DNA of 64,000 bases from an uncultured Planctomycetaceae bacterium (GTDB taxonomy: Bacteria > Planctomycetota > Planctomycetia > Pirellulales > PALSA-1355), in NCBI GenBank assembly GCA_963791755.1, contig CAWBTK010000006.1:351978-415977 (forward strand), written 5' to 3'. Position numbers and translations under genes: made by a program. The notes below the pieces were generated by a model, which was not told where the DNA came from, did no database searches, and was given only the letters and a program-made list of their open reading frames with translations. Of this stretch, positions 51,869-64,000 are shown one piece after another; position 1 is the first letter of the stretch, and every line of letters begins with the position of its first letter.

Positions 51869-52444
51869 TCAGGCGTGATTCTGGCCACCGGCTCCCCTGG
51901 CCGCCAAAAGCAGCTCCAAGTAACTGCGCCGCTCGCCATTGCGCAAATCCAGCTCAACTGCCAGCGAGGCCAGCAGTTGCCGGGCTCGATCGACGTCGGC
52001 TGCTGTCGTCACGATCTCCAGTTCCACGAAATCGCCCAATTCCGCCACCTCGTCAAGCGACACGCCAATCGCCTGTCCATGCCAGGTCACCGTGAAATCC
52101 CGCCGACGCTTGCTTACCTCCGCCACCGTGGTGAAGCCAATTGCCGAAAGCAGGTCCGCGGCGTCGCCGGCCGCCGCCTGGCCCGGGGCCAGACCGATTT
52201 CGATTTCGCGGCGCGTCTTGGTCGTGGCATCCAGCTTGGGGCCCTTGTAGGTGATAAAATTGAGCTCGCCGATCCGCCGCAGTCGCAAGGCTTCGTCGGT
52301 TTGAGCGAAATTGCGTCCGGGATGGGCGAAGTAGCGGTCGGTTTGGTCGGCCGTTTCGCGCTGCTGAGCCCCCAGGGCACGCAGGCGGCGCTCGAGATCG
52401 GCCACGTCGTACACCTGGAATTTTTGTTCCACTTCGATTGCCAT
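51869..52444 (-). CDS. CYTH-domain protein (class IV adenylate cyclase CyaB-like / triphosphatase)
   Basis: Intact 191 aa. It has the N-terminal EVEQKF (ExExK) signature and contains LRLRR...TYKG. Confidence 0.7.
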   Translation of the reverse strand: MAIEVEQKFQVYDVADLERRLRALGAQQRETADQTDRYFAHPGRNFAQTDEALRLRRIGELNFITYKGPKLDATTKTRREIEIGLAPGQAAAGDAADLLSAIGFTTVAEVSKRRRDFTVTWHGQAIGVSLDEVAELGDFVELEIVTTAADVDRARQLLASLAVELDLRNGERRSYLELLLAARGAGGQNHA

Positions 52445-52538
52445 AAGCAGCGCGACTCGACAGGTTCAGTTGATCGTCGGTTCCAAAAAAGGGATCAGGC
52501 AGCGTAGCGCGGACGACTCATTCTCAGAGACTTGGTCG

Positions 52539-53318
52539 ATGGATGCAACTCAAGGTACGCCCGCTGAACAGAAGTCCGTCGCTAAGCGGTCGCGGATTTC
52601 GCTACTCGTGCTCGCCGCCGCGATTCTCGTCTATGTGGCCATCGTGGGCGGTCCGCGCCGTGGTCCCCTCGGTACCCAGGGGCCTGCGATCGGTCGCCGT
52701 CTCCCGTACTTGCGACTGGAAGGGCTGACCGGCGATTCGAAAGGCGTGTCGCTCGAAGATCTGACGGGCCGCGTCACCGTCTTGAACTATTGGGGCACCT
52801 GGTGTCCTCCCTGCATCCGCGAGTTTCCCGAGATCGTCGAGCTGGCCGCCAGGTTTGCCAGCCGCGACGACTTTCGACTGTATGCCGTCTCCTGTGGCGG
52901 CTCGGGCAGCGACGCCGAGTTGAACGAACTGGGACAAGAGACGCGACGGTTTCTCGAGTCGAACCGCTTCGACCTGCCGACCTATGCCGACCAGAATGCC
53001 GCCAGCCGTCGTGCCATGGTCGTGGCGTTGGATCTCGAGGGGGGCGAACTGGCCTATCCCACAACGATCGTTCTCGATCAAAGCGCCACCATTCGCGGAC
53101 TCTGGCAAGGCTATGACCCGCGCCGCGCGCGAAATGGCCGAGCTCATCGAGTCGTTGTTACCGGATTCGCGGCCCCACCAAAAAGCCGGGTCAGTCCGAG
53201 AGCGCCGCCAGCATCCGCCTGGCCGCGGCCGCCGGGTCGTCGGCATTGGCGATCGCGCCTTGCACGGCAACGCGGCGAAATCCGGCGGCCAGAACCCGTG
53301 GCAAGTTTTCCTCGGTGA
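52539..53318 (+). CDS. Membrane-anchored thioredoxin-fold protein (TlpA/ResA-like); 3' end unresolved
   Basis: Contains LNYWGTWCPPCIREFPEI. The fold ends near ...WQGYDP(AAREMAELIESLL), with a probable frame break at 53121. No stop codon exists in any plus frame between 53117 and 53315, so the listed end is only the first stop of the track frame, running antisense into thiE. Confidence 0.65.
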   Translation: MDATQGTPAEQKSVAKRSRISLLVLAAAILVYVAIVGGPRRGPLGTQGPAIGRRLPYLRLEGLTGDSKGVSLEDLTGRVTVLNYWGTWCPPCIREFPEIVELAARFASRDDFRLYAVSCGGSGSDAELNELGQETRRFLESNRFDLPTYADQNAASRRAMVVALDLEGGELAYPTTIVLDQSATIRGLWQGYDPRRARNGRAHRVVVTGFAAPPKSRVSPRAPPASAWPRPPGRRHWRSRLARQRGEIRRPEPVASFPR

Positions 53319-54785
53319 TGCCGCCGATCGCAAAAGCCGGCAATCCAAGCTCGCGGCTAACCGCCTGTAGCAATTCCGTGCCGGTGAATTCGCCAAATTC
53401 CTTCGTGCCCGATGGGAACGTCGGTCCGACGCCGATGTAGCTGGCGCCGGCCAATACCGCCGCGCGGGCTTGCTCCAGACTGTGCGTCGAGACGCCGACC
53501 AATGCGCGAGTACCTAGAATTCGCCGCGCGTCTCGAACCGTTAGCTCGTCCTGGCCGACGTGTACGCCATCCGCCCCCGCGAGCAGCGCCAGGTCGGGCC
53601 GGTCGTTCATGATGAACAAGGTTTGGCTGCCGCGCGTCGCGTCCGCAACCGCCCGGCGCGGGCCAACAGGTCGCGGTCGTTGAGCTTTTTGTCGCGGAGC
53701 TGAACGATTGCCACGCCGCACCCCACGAGCGATTCGACCAGGTGTCTAAGCTGCTTTTCCGAATGGGCGCCATCGACCAGGACATACAATCGAGCGTCGC
53801 CGAGCCGCTCGAGGCTATCCCGAGTCAGGTCGACCGATCGTTCCAGCGTGTACAGCCGATAGCGAAGTTGCTCCAAGACGGCGGCGCGCTCCGGCGCCAA
53901 TGTCTTGGTAAATTCCTCGAGACTGCGCAGCGATTGCTGGGCTCGTTTGAAGTTGGCCGAAGCCACGGCCGCGACATCGGTCCGCACGGTTTCGGCCGGC
54001 AGGGTCACGGTCGTGCCGACGTCGGCCTGGGTCTCGCGAGCCGCATGGCGTTCGATGGACGAAAAAATGGACAGCGCGTCGGTCAGGTCGTGGCGAATGC
54101 TTTTGCAGATCCGCGTCAAATGAACGTCGTCCAGCGTAAACCGCAGGTAGTCCTCGATCACGCGCAGCCCCTCGCCGGCACGGTTGGCCGCGGCATCGAT
54201 GATGCGCAGCGCCGCCAGATGGTCGCGCGGCGAGGCGTAGCCTTCGCCGGCTCGATCGCTCGGCGCGGACTCGCCCGTGGGGCATTCCGGCTCATCGCCC
54301 ATTTCGGCGGCGGTTTCCTCGACCTCAGTGTCCAGTGGCAGCGGACCGGGTTGATGATTCGAGAGGCGGTGGATTTCGGCCTCGAGCGCATCGGCCCGCA
54401 GCCCGCAATCCTCGAGCCAGGCGGAAGCCTCGTTTCGCGTGCGGACGATACCCAGCAAAACGTGTTCGGTGGCCAGGAACAGCGGCCGCGGATAATCGAC
54501 CAACAGCTGCTCGGCAGTCTTGAAACACGCAGCCAACTCCCGCGAAAACCGGCCGATTCGCTCGGGCCGCGGGGGTTGCAGCCGGGCCAGTGTTGGAAAA
54601 CGCCGCTGAACGGCCGCTACGTCGATGTTGCACGGCGCCAACAAGAGGGCCGCCCGACATTCCGGCTCGACCAACAGTCCCAGCAGGACCTCGGCCACGC
54701 CGAGGGCCGCATCATCGTTAGAACTGCTCCAGGCGGCCGCCGCTTCCAGGGCCCGCTGCGAGGCTGGGGTCAACTCGTATGGCAT
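53191..54785 (-). CDS. thiE: Thiamine-phosphate synthase with an N-terminal Clp_N-like double repeat and a helical linker domain; 1 frame break (~53656)
   Basis: The C-terminal TMP-synthase part contains IVQLRDK, FIMNDRPDLALLAGADGVHVGQDE, GVSTHS and YIGVGPTFPSGTK. The N-terminal repeats contain VAEVLLGLLVEP and ATEHVLLGIVRTR. The ATG is at 54785-54783. Confidence 0.8.
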
Positions 54786-55024
54786 ATACGTCAATCTATG
54801 TCCAATCGCGTCCGGCGGGAACTCGCCCAAGCGGCGTTGCGGCTAGCCGCACCTGCCGCATAACTCTGGAAGGTGCCAGCAGACTGGCGAAATGGTTTAA
54901 TACCTAACCCCAAGCAGCCCTTTCAGTTGCCTTGATCTAGCGGCATTTAAGAGTTAGAATTCCGTGGCGTCTCGTATCGGCCAACTGGGGCTGCGGCGCG
55001 TGCCGAGGCAGGAGCCGACTTTCC

Positions 55025-55627
55025 ATGCGCAGGATGCCGTGGGCAACGTATCTTTGGCCTGGCTTGCCACAATTGTGGTGCCGGGGATTGAGCGCCGGAC
55101 TGGCGCTCGCCGCGGGCTCCGCAATCCTACTTAACTTGTTGCTCTTGGCAAGCTTCGTATGGGTCGAACTGCTCAGCCCCTGGCATCTGAAATTGGGTTG
55201 GCTGGCGATTGGAACACTGTGGGGCGGATCCGCCGTATTGTCGGCCCGTTCCGCCCGGCGCGAGGTCACCGTCGAGGCCGTCTCGACCGAGGGCTTGTTT
55301 CGCGAGGCCTTGAGTGAATACTTACAGAGGAGTTGGTTTGAGGCGGAGCGGATTTTGGTCCGCCTGTTGCACCTCTGTCCGCGCGACGTGGAAGCACGAC
55401 TGCTGCTGGCCACCTTGCTGCGGCATACCCGGCGTTATCAGGAAGGCCTCGATCAGCTCACTCGATTGGAGTTGCTGCGCGATGCCGAGCGGTGGGCCCT
55501 GGAGATCGCCTCGGAAAAACACTGGATTGCCGAGGCCCGAGCCGGCCGACTGCCCGACGTCGCGGCCGCGGACGAAGAGCCATCGGCCGACGAACCCTCC
55601 GAGCCCACGCCCCAACAGGCGGCCTGA
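55025..55627 (+). CDS. Hypothetical membrane protein with a C-terminal TPR-like helix pair
   Basis: Intact 200 aa with two or three TM helices, followed by ...AERILVRLLHLCPRDVEARLLLATLLRHTRRYQEGL. Confidence 0.5.
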   Translation: MRRMPWATYLWPGLPQLWCRGLSAGLALAAGSAILLNLLLLASFVWVELLSPWHLKLGWLAIGTLWGGSAVLSARSARREVTVEAVSTEGLFREALSEYLQRSWFEAERILVRLLHLCPRDVEARLLLATLLRHTRRYQEGLDQLTRLELLRDAERWALEIASEKHWIAEARAGRLPDVAAADEEPSADEPSEPTPQQAA

Positions 55628-55803
55628 GCCGGTGAACGAAGCGATGGCTGTAGCCTGCCAAATCCGCCGCGCTGTTGACGCGACGCAAGCACGAAAACTA
55701 AAAAAGCACATCATTAGATAGCGATCGAATAACGGCGAGAGCGGCGGGCCGACCCTCCTTTGGGTTTGCTCAATCAGACGTTTCGCCCCAAACGGAGAGC
55801 AAC

Positions 55804-58348
<2,545 letters not shown>

Positions 58349-58384
58349 TCGCCGCCGGGACAGCTAGCGCTTTTGGATAATTTG

Positions 58385-58427
58385 AGCCGCCGCTTCGATC
58401 GACTGGATCGGGGCGGCGGCTTTTTTT
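58385..58427 (+). terminator. Intrinsic terminator of clpC
   Basis: AGCCGCCGC...(inner CGATC/GATCG pairing)...GCGGCGGCT, followed by TTTTTTT (58421-58427). Confidence 0.85.
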
Positions 58428-58590
58428 GTCCCTTGGATGACATCGAAGTTGCCTATTTTGCCTAGTCGGCGACGGCCGATTTATCCGCAATCTTTCCTCA
58501 AGCGGAAACTTCGCCGGGGACGAATAATGAACAGATAAGCCGACAGGCTCATTGCGCCCCCGGCGTCGACTTAACACCAGCGCGCTCGAT

Positions 58591-59455
58591 ATGGCTTCGA
58601 ACACCAGCAGCATGAAACGTCCGCGCGGCGGCCCGATCCTGGCCATTGCCGATTGGATCGCCGATTTGGGCGGTCTGATGATGAATTGGGTCATCGCCAT
58701 CGGCGACGTGGCGCAATTCTTTCTGCGCACCCTGTCGTGGATCGGCAGGCGGCTGCCGCGCCGACACGCTGCTGCCCAACTTTTACCAGATCGGCGTGCT
58801 CAGCCTGCCAGTGGTCGCCTTGACGGGCACGTTCATCGGCATGGTGCTCGCCGTGCAAAGCCATTCGCAATTTCGCCTGCTGCATCTCGAGACGCGGCTG
58901 GGCGCCGTGATCAACATGTCGCTGGTGCGCGAGTTGGGCCCCGTGCTGGCCGCCACGATGCTGGCCGGTCGCGTGGGCAGCGCCATGGCCGCCGAGCTGG
59001 GCACCATGCGCGTCACCGAGCAGATCGACGCCCTCACCAGCATGGGCGCCAATCCGATCCACTACCTGGTCGTGCCCCGGTTTTTGGCCTGCCTGGTCCT
59101 GATTCCCACGCTGACGATCATGGCCGATTTCATGGGCGTCGTCGGCGGGGCGGCCTACAGCATCTACGCCCTGGGCATCGACTCGAACCATTACTGGCAA
59201 AACTCGCAGGACTACGTCGGCGCCTACGACCTCTTCTCGGGCGTGTTCAAGAGCCTGTTTTTCGGCGCCGCGATCGCGCTGGTGAGCTGCTATCGCGGCT
59301 TCCATTGCGATCCGGGCGCCGAGGGCGTGGGCCGTGCCGCCACCAGCGCGTTCGTGATTTCGTTTGTCCTGATTCTCGTCTTGGATTTCTTCCTGGGCAT
59401 CGCCCTGGACGAGCTTTACCTGCTGATCTGGCCCGAGGGCTTGCGGCTGTTTTAG
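58591..59455 (+). CDS. mlaE: ABC transporter permease, MlaE family; 1 frame break (~58762)
   Basis: ATG 58591 ...[15 protein letters not shown] | [32 protein letters not shown]...[10 protein letters not shown]. An extra C at 58761-58762 separates the two frames. Confidence 0.85.
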
Positions 59456-59508
59456 GAACCGAACCGGATCGGTCGGCTTTTTGCCGGCCGACGCGCGACA
59501 GACCTTCC

Positions 59509-60379
59509 ATGCAATCCACGATGCACACGCAAACCGACACCCGCGAAGAGAGACGCCGCTCGACCGGCCCGATGGTCGAATTGCGCGACGTCGACGTGGT
59601 CTTCGGCCGCAATCGCGTGCTGCGGAATATCGAGCTCTCCGTGCCCCGCGGGCAGACATTGGCCATCATCGGAGAAAGCGGCTGCGGCAAGACCGTGGTC
59701 CTGAAGACGATCATCGGCCTGATCCGGCCCACGCGCGGAAACGTGTTCTTCGACGGCCAGGACCTGAACACGCTCACCGAGGAGCAGATCACGCACGAGC
59801 GCACCCGTTTCGGCTTCGTGTTTCAAGGCGCGGCGCTGTTCGACAGCATGACCGTGGGACAAAACGTGGCGTTCCCCCTGCGCGAGCATACGAATTCAAG
59901 CGACGCCGAGATTCAGGAGACCGTGCTCGCGCGGCTTGGCCGAGGTCGGACTGCCCGAGAGCATCGTCTCGAAGAAGCCGGCCGAGTTGTCCGGCGGCAT
60001 GCGCAAGCGCGTGGGGCTGGCGCGAGCCTTGGCTCTGAACCCCGAGCTGATGCTGTACGACGAGCCGACGACCGGCCTGGATCCGATCATGAGCGACGTG
60101 ATCAACGAGCTCATTTTGCGGACCCGCAGTCAGCCTTCGGTTACCAGCGTCGTGGTGACGCACGACATGCACACGGCCAAGAAAGTGGCCGATCGGGTCA
60201 TCATGCTGTATCCCCTCAGCCGCCTGGAAACGGACGAGCCGCAAATCATCTTCGACGGCACTCCCTCGGCGCTCGACAGGTCCAGCGACTCCCGCGTCTC
60301 CCAATTCGTCAACGGCGAGGCGGGCGAGCGGCTGATGGAAATGCGAAAAATGGCGAACCTTCGACAGACAACCGAATAG
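59509..60379 (+). CDS. mlaF: ABC transporter ATP-binding protein, MlaF family; 1 frame break (~59937)
   Basis: Contains GESGCGKTV (Walker A). The second frame reads [15 protein letters not shown] and [12 protein letters not shown]. An extra T at 59936-59937 separates the two frames. Confidence 0.88.
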
Positions 60380-60450
60380 CGAATCGAGAGAGGACGCGAC
60401 CGCGGTCGGCGGCCGGGAAACCATCCGGCTGCCCTTGCGGTGCGTGAATC

Positions 60451-61720
60451 ATGGACGAACGAGTCGTAAAATTCCGCGTGGGGGTCATGGTGATCTCCAC
60501 CCTGTTCATCGCCGGGATCCTGATCCTGCTGTTTGGCGATACGCGCTCGTTCCTCAGCGGCACCTACACGATTTACATCCACTTCACCGACGCGCCGGGC
60601 GTGACCGACGGAACCCCGGTCCGCAAAAGCGGAATTCTCATTGGCCGCGTGCATAAGGTGGAATTCGCCAAGCAGGGCGGAGTGATCGTCGAGGCCAAAA
60701 TCGACGGCAACGTGAAGCTTTATCGCAACGAGGTGCCGCAAGTGAGCGGTTCGCTCTTGGGCGGCGACGTGGTGATTCAGTTCGTGCGGCGAACCTCCTC
60801 GCCCACGATCGAGGCCGTTCCCCCGTCCGGGCACGTCCCGGATCAATCGGCCAATGAAGGCGTGACGACGACTTTGACGGCCCAAATCACGCCGCCGCCA
60901 GGCGGAAAATCCCCCGCCAACTCCCGAGGGGCTGGAAGTGCAGCCGGGCGAATTCATCGAGGGAACGGTCGCGCCGAATGCCTTTCAGGTAATCAGCAAC
61001 CTGCAAGACGAGCTGAGCTCGGCCGTCAGCGCCCTGAGCACGGCCGGCAACGAAGTGGGCAAGGTCGCCACCAATATCAACAGAATCCTGGAAAACAACG
61101 ACGATCAGATCAACCGCATCGTCAACAAAACCGAGCAGACGCTGGACGGCTTTCAGCGGGCCTTGAGAAACGTCGACGACGTGTTGGGCGACGACGAGGT
61201 GCGCGACAACGTCAAATCCATGCTCCGCGACATGCCCGAGTTGCTCAGCGACACCGCGCAACACGGTCAACACGATTCGCGGCACCGTCGAAGTCGATGG
61301 ACCGAAACCTGCGCAACCTGGAGGGCTTGACCGGCCCCTTGGGCGAAAAGGGCGAGGGCATGGTCACGCGCATCGACCAGACCATCGCGCGGCTCGACGA
61401 CCTGCTGGGCCAGTTCTCCGACTTCGGCCGCAAGCTCAACCAGGGCGAAGGTTCGCTGGGAATGTTGATGCGCAATCCGGATCTCTACCAGCATCTGAAC
61501 GCGGCGGCGCTCAACATCGAAAAGCTCACGTTGCGACATGCGGCCGATCCTGGCCGACGTGCGGGTGTTCACCGACAAGATCGCCCGCCATCCCGAGTCG
61601 CTGGGCATTCGCGGCGCAATCCAGCGCAGCCCCGGCACGAAATGGCCGCCGGGCGATTTCTCCAGTCCCAACGGGATTGAGTCTTTCAGCCCAGGGTTGC
61701 GAGTCTTCGAGCTACCCTAG
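60451..61720 (+). pseudogene. mlaD: MCE/MlaD-family substrate-binding protein with a long helical C-terminal region; about 4 frame breaks
   Basis: The TM anchor plus MCE domain contains YTIYIHFTDAPGVTDGTPVRKSGILIGRVHKVEF. Helical segments in the other frames include VAPNAFQVISNLQDELSSAVSAL, RNTVNTIRGTVE, MDRNLRNLEGLTGPL and LRPILADVRVFTDKIARHPE. TAG is at 61718-61720. Confidence 0.75.
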
Positions 61721-61730
61721 CGATAGTTGC

Positions 61731-62276
61731 TCAGAAACCAAACCAATTCCGCGGCCGCGACACGGGCGGCGGCGAGGCCGGAGGCCCCGGCGGCGCGGCG
61801 CCCGGCGGACCAAAACCCGGGGGCGGCGCGAAACTGCCCGCCGGCGGCGGCGGTTGCAACGGAGTTTGCGGCGGCACCGCCGAGTGCCGCAGGTTCTCGG
61901 CCCGCCCGAGCAATTGCGGGCTGGGAACGATCATTTGCGGCTTGAGCTGATACTCGACAACCCGCTCGTCGCGTATCTCGCCCGGCACCAGGTTTTCGGA
62001 CACGAAGTCCAGGCCCGGATATTGGTACCAGGGCGTGGGAATGGGCTGCATCACGGTCAGCGTTTCATAGCCGCTCAGCGACAATCGCACCTTGCGCGTG
62101 CCGTAGTAGACAAAGTCGGTGGAGCAGGGGGTGGTGCCGATTTGATAGTCGTCGACATAGACCAGTGCCCCCGGCGGATTGCTGCGGATCGTGATTCGCC
62201 GCTGGACACACCCCACCGAACCGGCGCAGATCGCCACCGCCAGCAGTCCGGCCAAAGGCCGGCGCAGCCGCGACAT
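61731..62276 (-). CDS. PEGA-domain lipoprotein with a Pro-rich C-terminal tail
   Basis: Starts at ATG 62276 with a lipobox-like LLAVAICAGSVGC. The PEGA-like segment is ITIRSNPPGALVYVDDYQIGTTP. The tail is PPPPAGSFAPPPGFGPPGAAPPGPP. Confidence 0.7.
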   Translation of the reverse strand: MSRLRRPLAGLLAVAICAGSVGCVQRRITIRSNPPGALVYVDDYQIGTTPCSTDFVYYGTRKVRLSLSGYETLTVMQPIPTPWYQYPGLDFVSENLVPGEIRDERVVEYQLKPQMIVPSPQLLGRAENLRHSAVPPQTPLQPPPPAGSFAPPPGFGPPGAAPPGPPASPPPVSRPRNWFGF

Positions 62277-62563
62277 CAAATGCTCGCTAACGGTTTGGGA
62301 TCCATCGACATGCCGTGGAAGCTCGGGCGGACTCGAACGAGATCGGCCGGGCGGGGAGTATAGTTCTCCACATACCAGGTGCCTAGGCGGATTCCGACCC
62401 CTGACGCGCCCGCCCGACCGGGATTCCGCGGGCCGCGAGAATCCCGTGTGGCGGGGCAATCTGGCGAGCCGCGGCGGGGCCCTGGCTCTATTCCCTGCTA
62501 CGCATGTCAGTTAGAATAGGACTTTTGGGGCTTGTCGCGAGGCGGGGTCTGTCTCTTCCCCAG

Positions 62564-63897
62564 ATGGCCATGAAAGCGAACATGACCGACGCGGCCGAAC
62601 CTGCTGTCACACCTCGCGGCTCGCTCGAAAGCGCTGCCCTGAGCGACGTTGGTTTGCGGCGCGGCAACAACCAAGACTCCTACGCCGTCGTGCTGGCGGC
62701 CGACGACGCCGATTGGCGGCGACGCGGACACTTGTTTCTGGTGGCCGATGGCATGGGCGCACACGCCGCCGGCGAGCTTGCCAGCAAGATGGCCTGTGAA
62801 AGCATCGGCCATGCCTATCGCAAGCTGCTCGATCGCCAGCCCGCCGATGCGCTGGCCGAAGCGGTGACGGCCGCCAATGCCACCATCCACGACCGCGGCC
62901 AGGCCAACGCCGAGTTTCAGGGCATGGGCACCACGTGCAGCGTGCTGGTGCTGCTGCCCCGCAAGGCTCTGATCGCGCACGTGGGCGATAGCCGCGTCTA
63001 CCGGCTCCGCAATGCGCGGCTCGAACAGTTGACGTTCGATCACAGCCTGGTTTGGGAAATGCAGGCCGCCGGACAACTTCAGTGCGGCGACGTCGCCAAT
63101 TTCATTCCCAAGAACATCATCACCCGCTCGCTCGGCCCGCACGCCGAGGTGCAGGTCGACCTGGAAGGGCCGTTCGAGCTTGAGCCGGGCGACACGTTTC
63201 TGCTGTGTAGCGACGGCCTGAGCGGACAAATTAAGGACGAAGAGATCGGCGCCGTGCTTTCGGCCCTTTCGCCGCAAGAGGCCGTTCGCGTGCTGGTCGA
63301 CATGGCCAATCTGCGCGGCGGTCCCGACAACATCACCGCGATCGCGGCCCGCGTGTTGGCGCTGCCGTCCGACGGCGCCGACGAAGTCGAGCCGCTGCCG
63401 CCCATTCATCCCACCGGGTCATCGACGCATCCGGGTTTGTGGATCGTGATGGCCGCTTGCCTGGCAGCAGGTTTGGCGCTGGCGGCCGGGGGCTACTATG
63501 TCGCGGCCTTTGATCGGCGTGTTGCTGGCGGCCGTGGCCGCCGTCGTGGCGCTGCTGCCCAGTTTTGCGCCGTCCGCGCCTGCGGTCCAAAAGACCGACC
63601 ACGGAGTGAAGCGCAACGGCCCTTATACGTCGTTCGATTGCACGCCCAATGCCGCGGCCGTGGCCGTCCTGTGCCAGATGGCCCAGCAGTTGCGCGATGC
63701 CGCCAAGGACGAGCATTGGACGCTCGACTGGGGACGATTCAACGCCTACGGCGAGCAAGCGCCAGTCGGCGCTCGCTGCCCGCGATTTCAAAGCCGCCAT
63801 CCGCCACTACGCGCTGGCGATCAGCTTCATGATGAGCGAAATCCGCGGTCAGGCGACGCGCAAGGATCAACGCGACAATTCGGTTCTGGATCTGTAG
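62564..63897 (+). CDS. PP2C-family Ser/Thr phosphatase with a C-terminal TM helix and extra domain; 2 frame breaks (~63505, ~63765)
   Basis: Contains SDVGLRRGNNQDS, LVADGMGAHAAGE, LCSDGLS and GGPDNITA, followed by the TM helix PLIGVLLAAVAAVVALL in a second frame and the tail ...FKAAIRHYALAISFMMSEIRG in a third. Confidence 0.85.
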
Positions 63898-64000
63898 TTC
63901 TCGGCTCCGGCCGCCACATCCGAACCGGCGCGTTCAGGCCGCTAGCGGGCGCGGAGCGTGTCGCGAGGTGGTGAGTCTTTGCCGTCGTCGAGTTGCGCGC

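Noticed and set aside
54786-55024. Looked for a TPP riboswitch in the thiE leader, and likewise a SAM riboswitch in the metK leader (14225-14294) and a cobalamin riboswitch upstream of cbiX
   Set aside because: I could not find the conserved cores (CUGAGA...ACCUGAUCUGGAUAAUGCCAGCG for TPP, or the B12 box). By-eye inspection is weak, so a covariance-model scan would be decisive.
58552-60447. 631-aa ORF spanning mlaE and mlaF
   Set aside because: Only its first ~70 aa (MlaE N-terminus) and a middle block (MlaF N-terminus) are meaningful. The rest is out-of-frame read-through created by indels.

Overview
This is a high-G+C chromosomal segment (about 60-65% in genes, hand-counted). The proteins suggest a planctomycete (a ~1240-aa SecA with large insertions, PEP-CTERM cargo proteins, FHA/sigma54 regulators, a long-form ThiE), but that is inference. 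I can support about 50 protein genes, and nearly all are housekeeping. They include a complete co-linear 14-gene NADH:quinone oxidoreductase operon nuoA-N (28.3-43.1 kb), prc, secA, waaA, metK, two nucleotide-sugar pyrophosphorylases, ruvX, apbC/mrp, lpxB, thiE, clpC, an mlaE/mlaF/MCE transporter, a PP2C phosphatase and two sigma54-type enhancer-binding proteins. I found no rRNA, tRNA, CRISPR array, transposase, integrase or phage gene. I also found no convincing multi-gene novel system (defence, secretion or biosynthetic cluster). Five things deserve a second look. (1) There are at least 65 reading-frame breaks, many at short homopolymer runs, with a roughly 10-fold denser block at 5.8-13.8 kb that breaks up prc, an MBL hydrolase, secA and waaA. 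These are most likely assembly or consensus indels, so every pseudogene call here means 'as assembled'. (2) An unannotated 26-codon Lys/Ala micro-ORF with a consensus Shine-Dalgarno and its own terminator lies next to a 420-bp AT-rich spacer (46.4-47.05 kb). (3) The nuo leader holds a perfect 24-bp palindrome with a TGTGA-N6-TCACA core, and a perfect 21-bp palindrome lies upstream of a YHS-repeat gene. (4) A small family of nested-palindrome repeats (GTAGGTCA...TGACCTAC termini) and two other GC-rich palindromic elements sit in intergenic spacers at gene 3' ends. (5) Some domain architectures are unusual: a Clp_N-ThiE fusion, a GAFTGA-less EBP after nuoN, and a eukaryote-type UDP-sugar pyrophosphorylase. 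Frame-break coordinates were read by eye and are good to about +/-15 nt.
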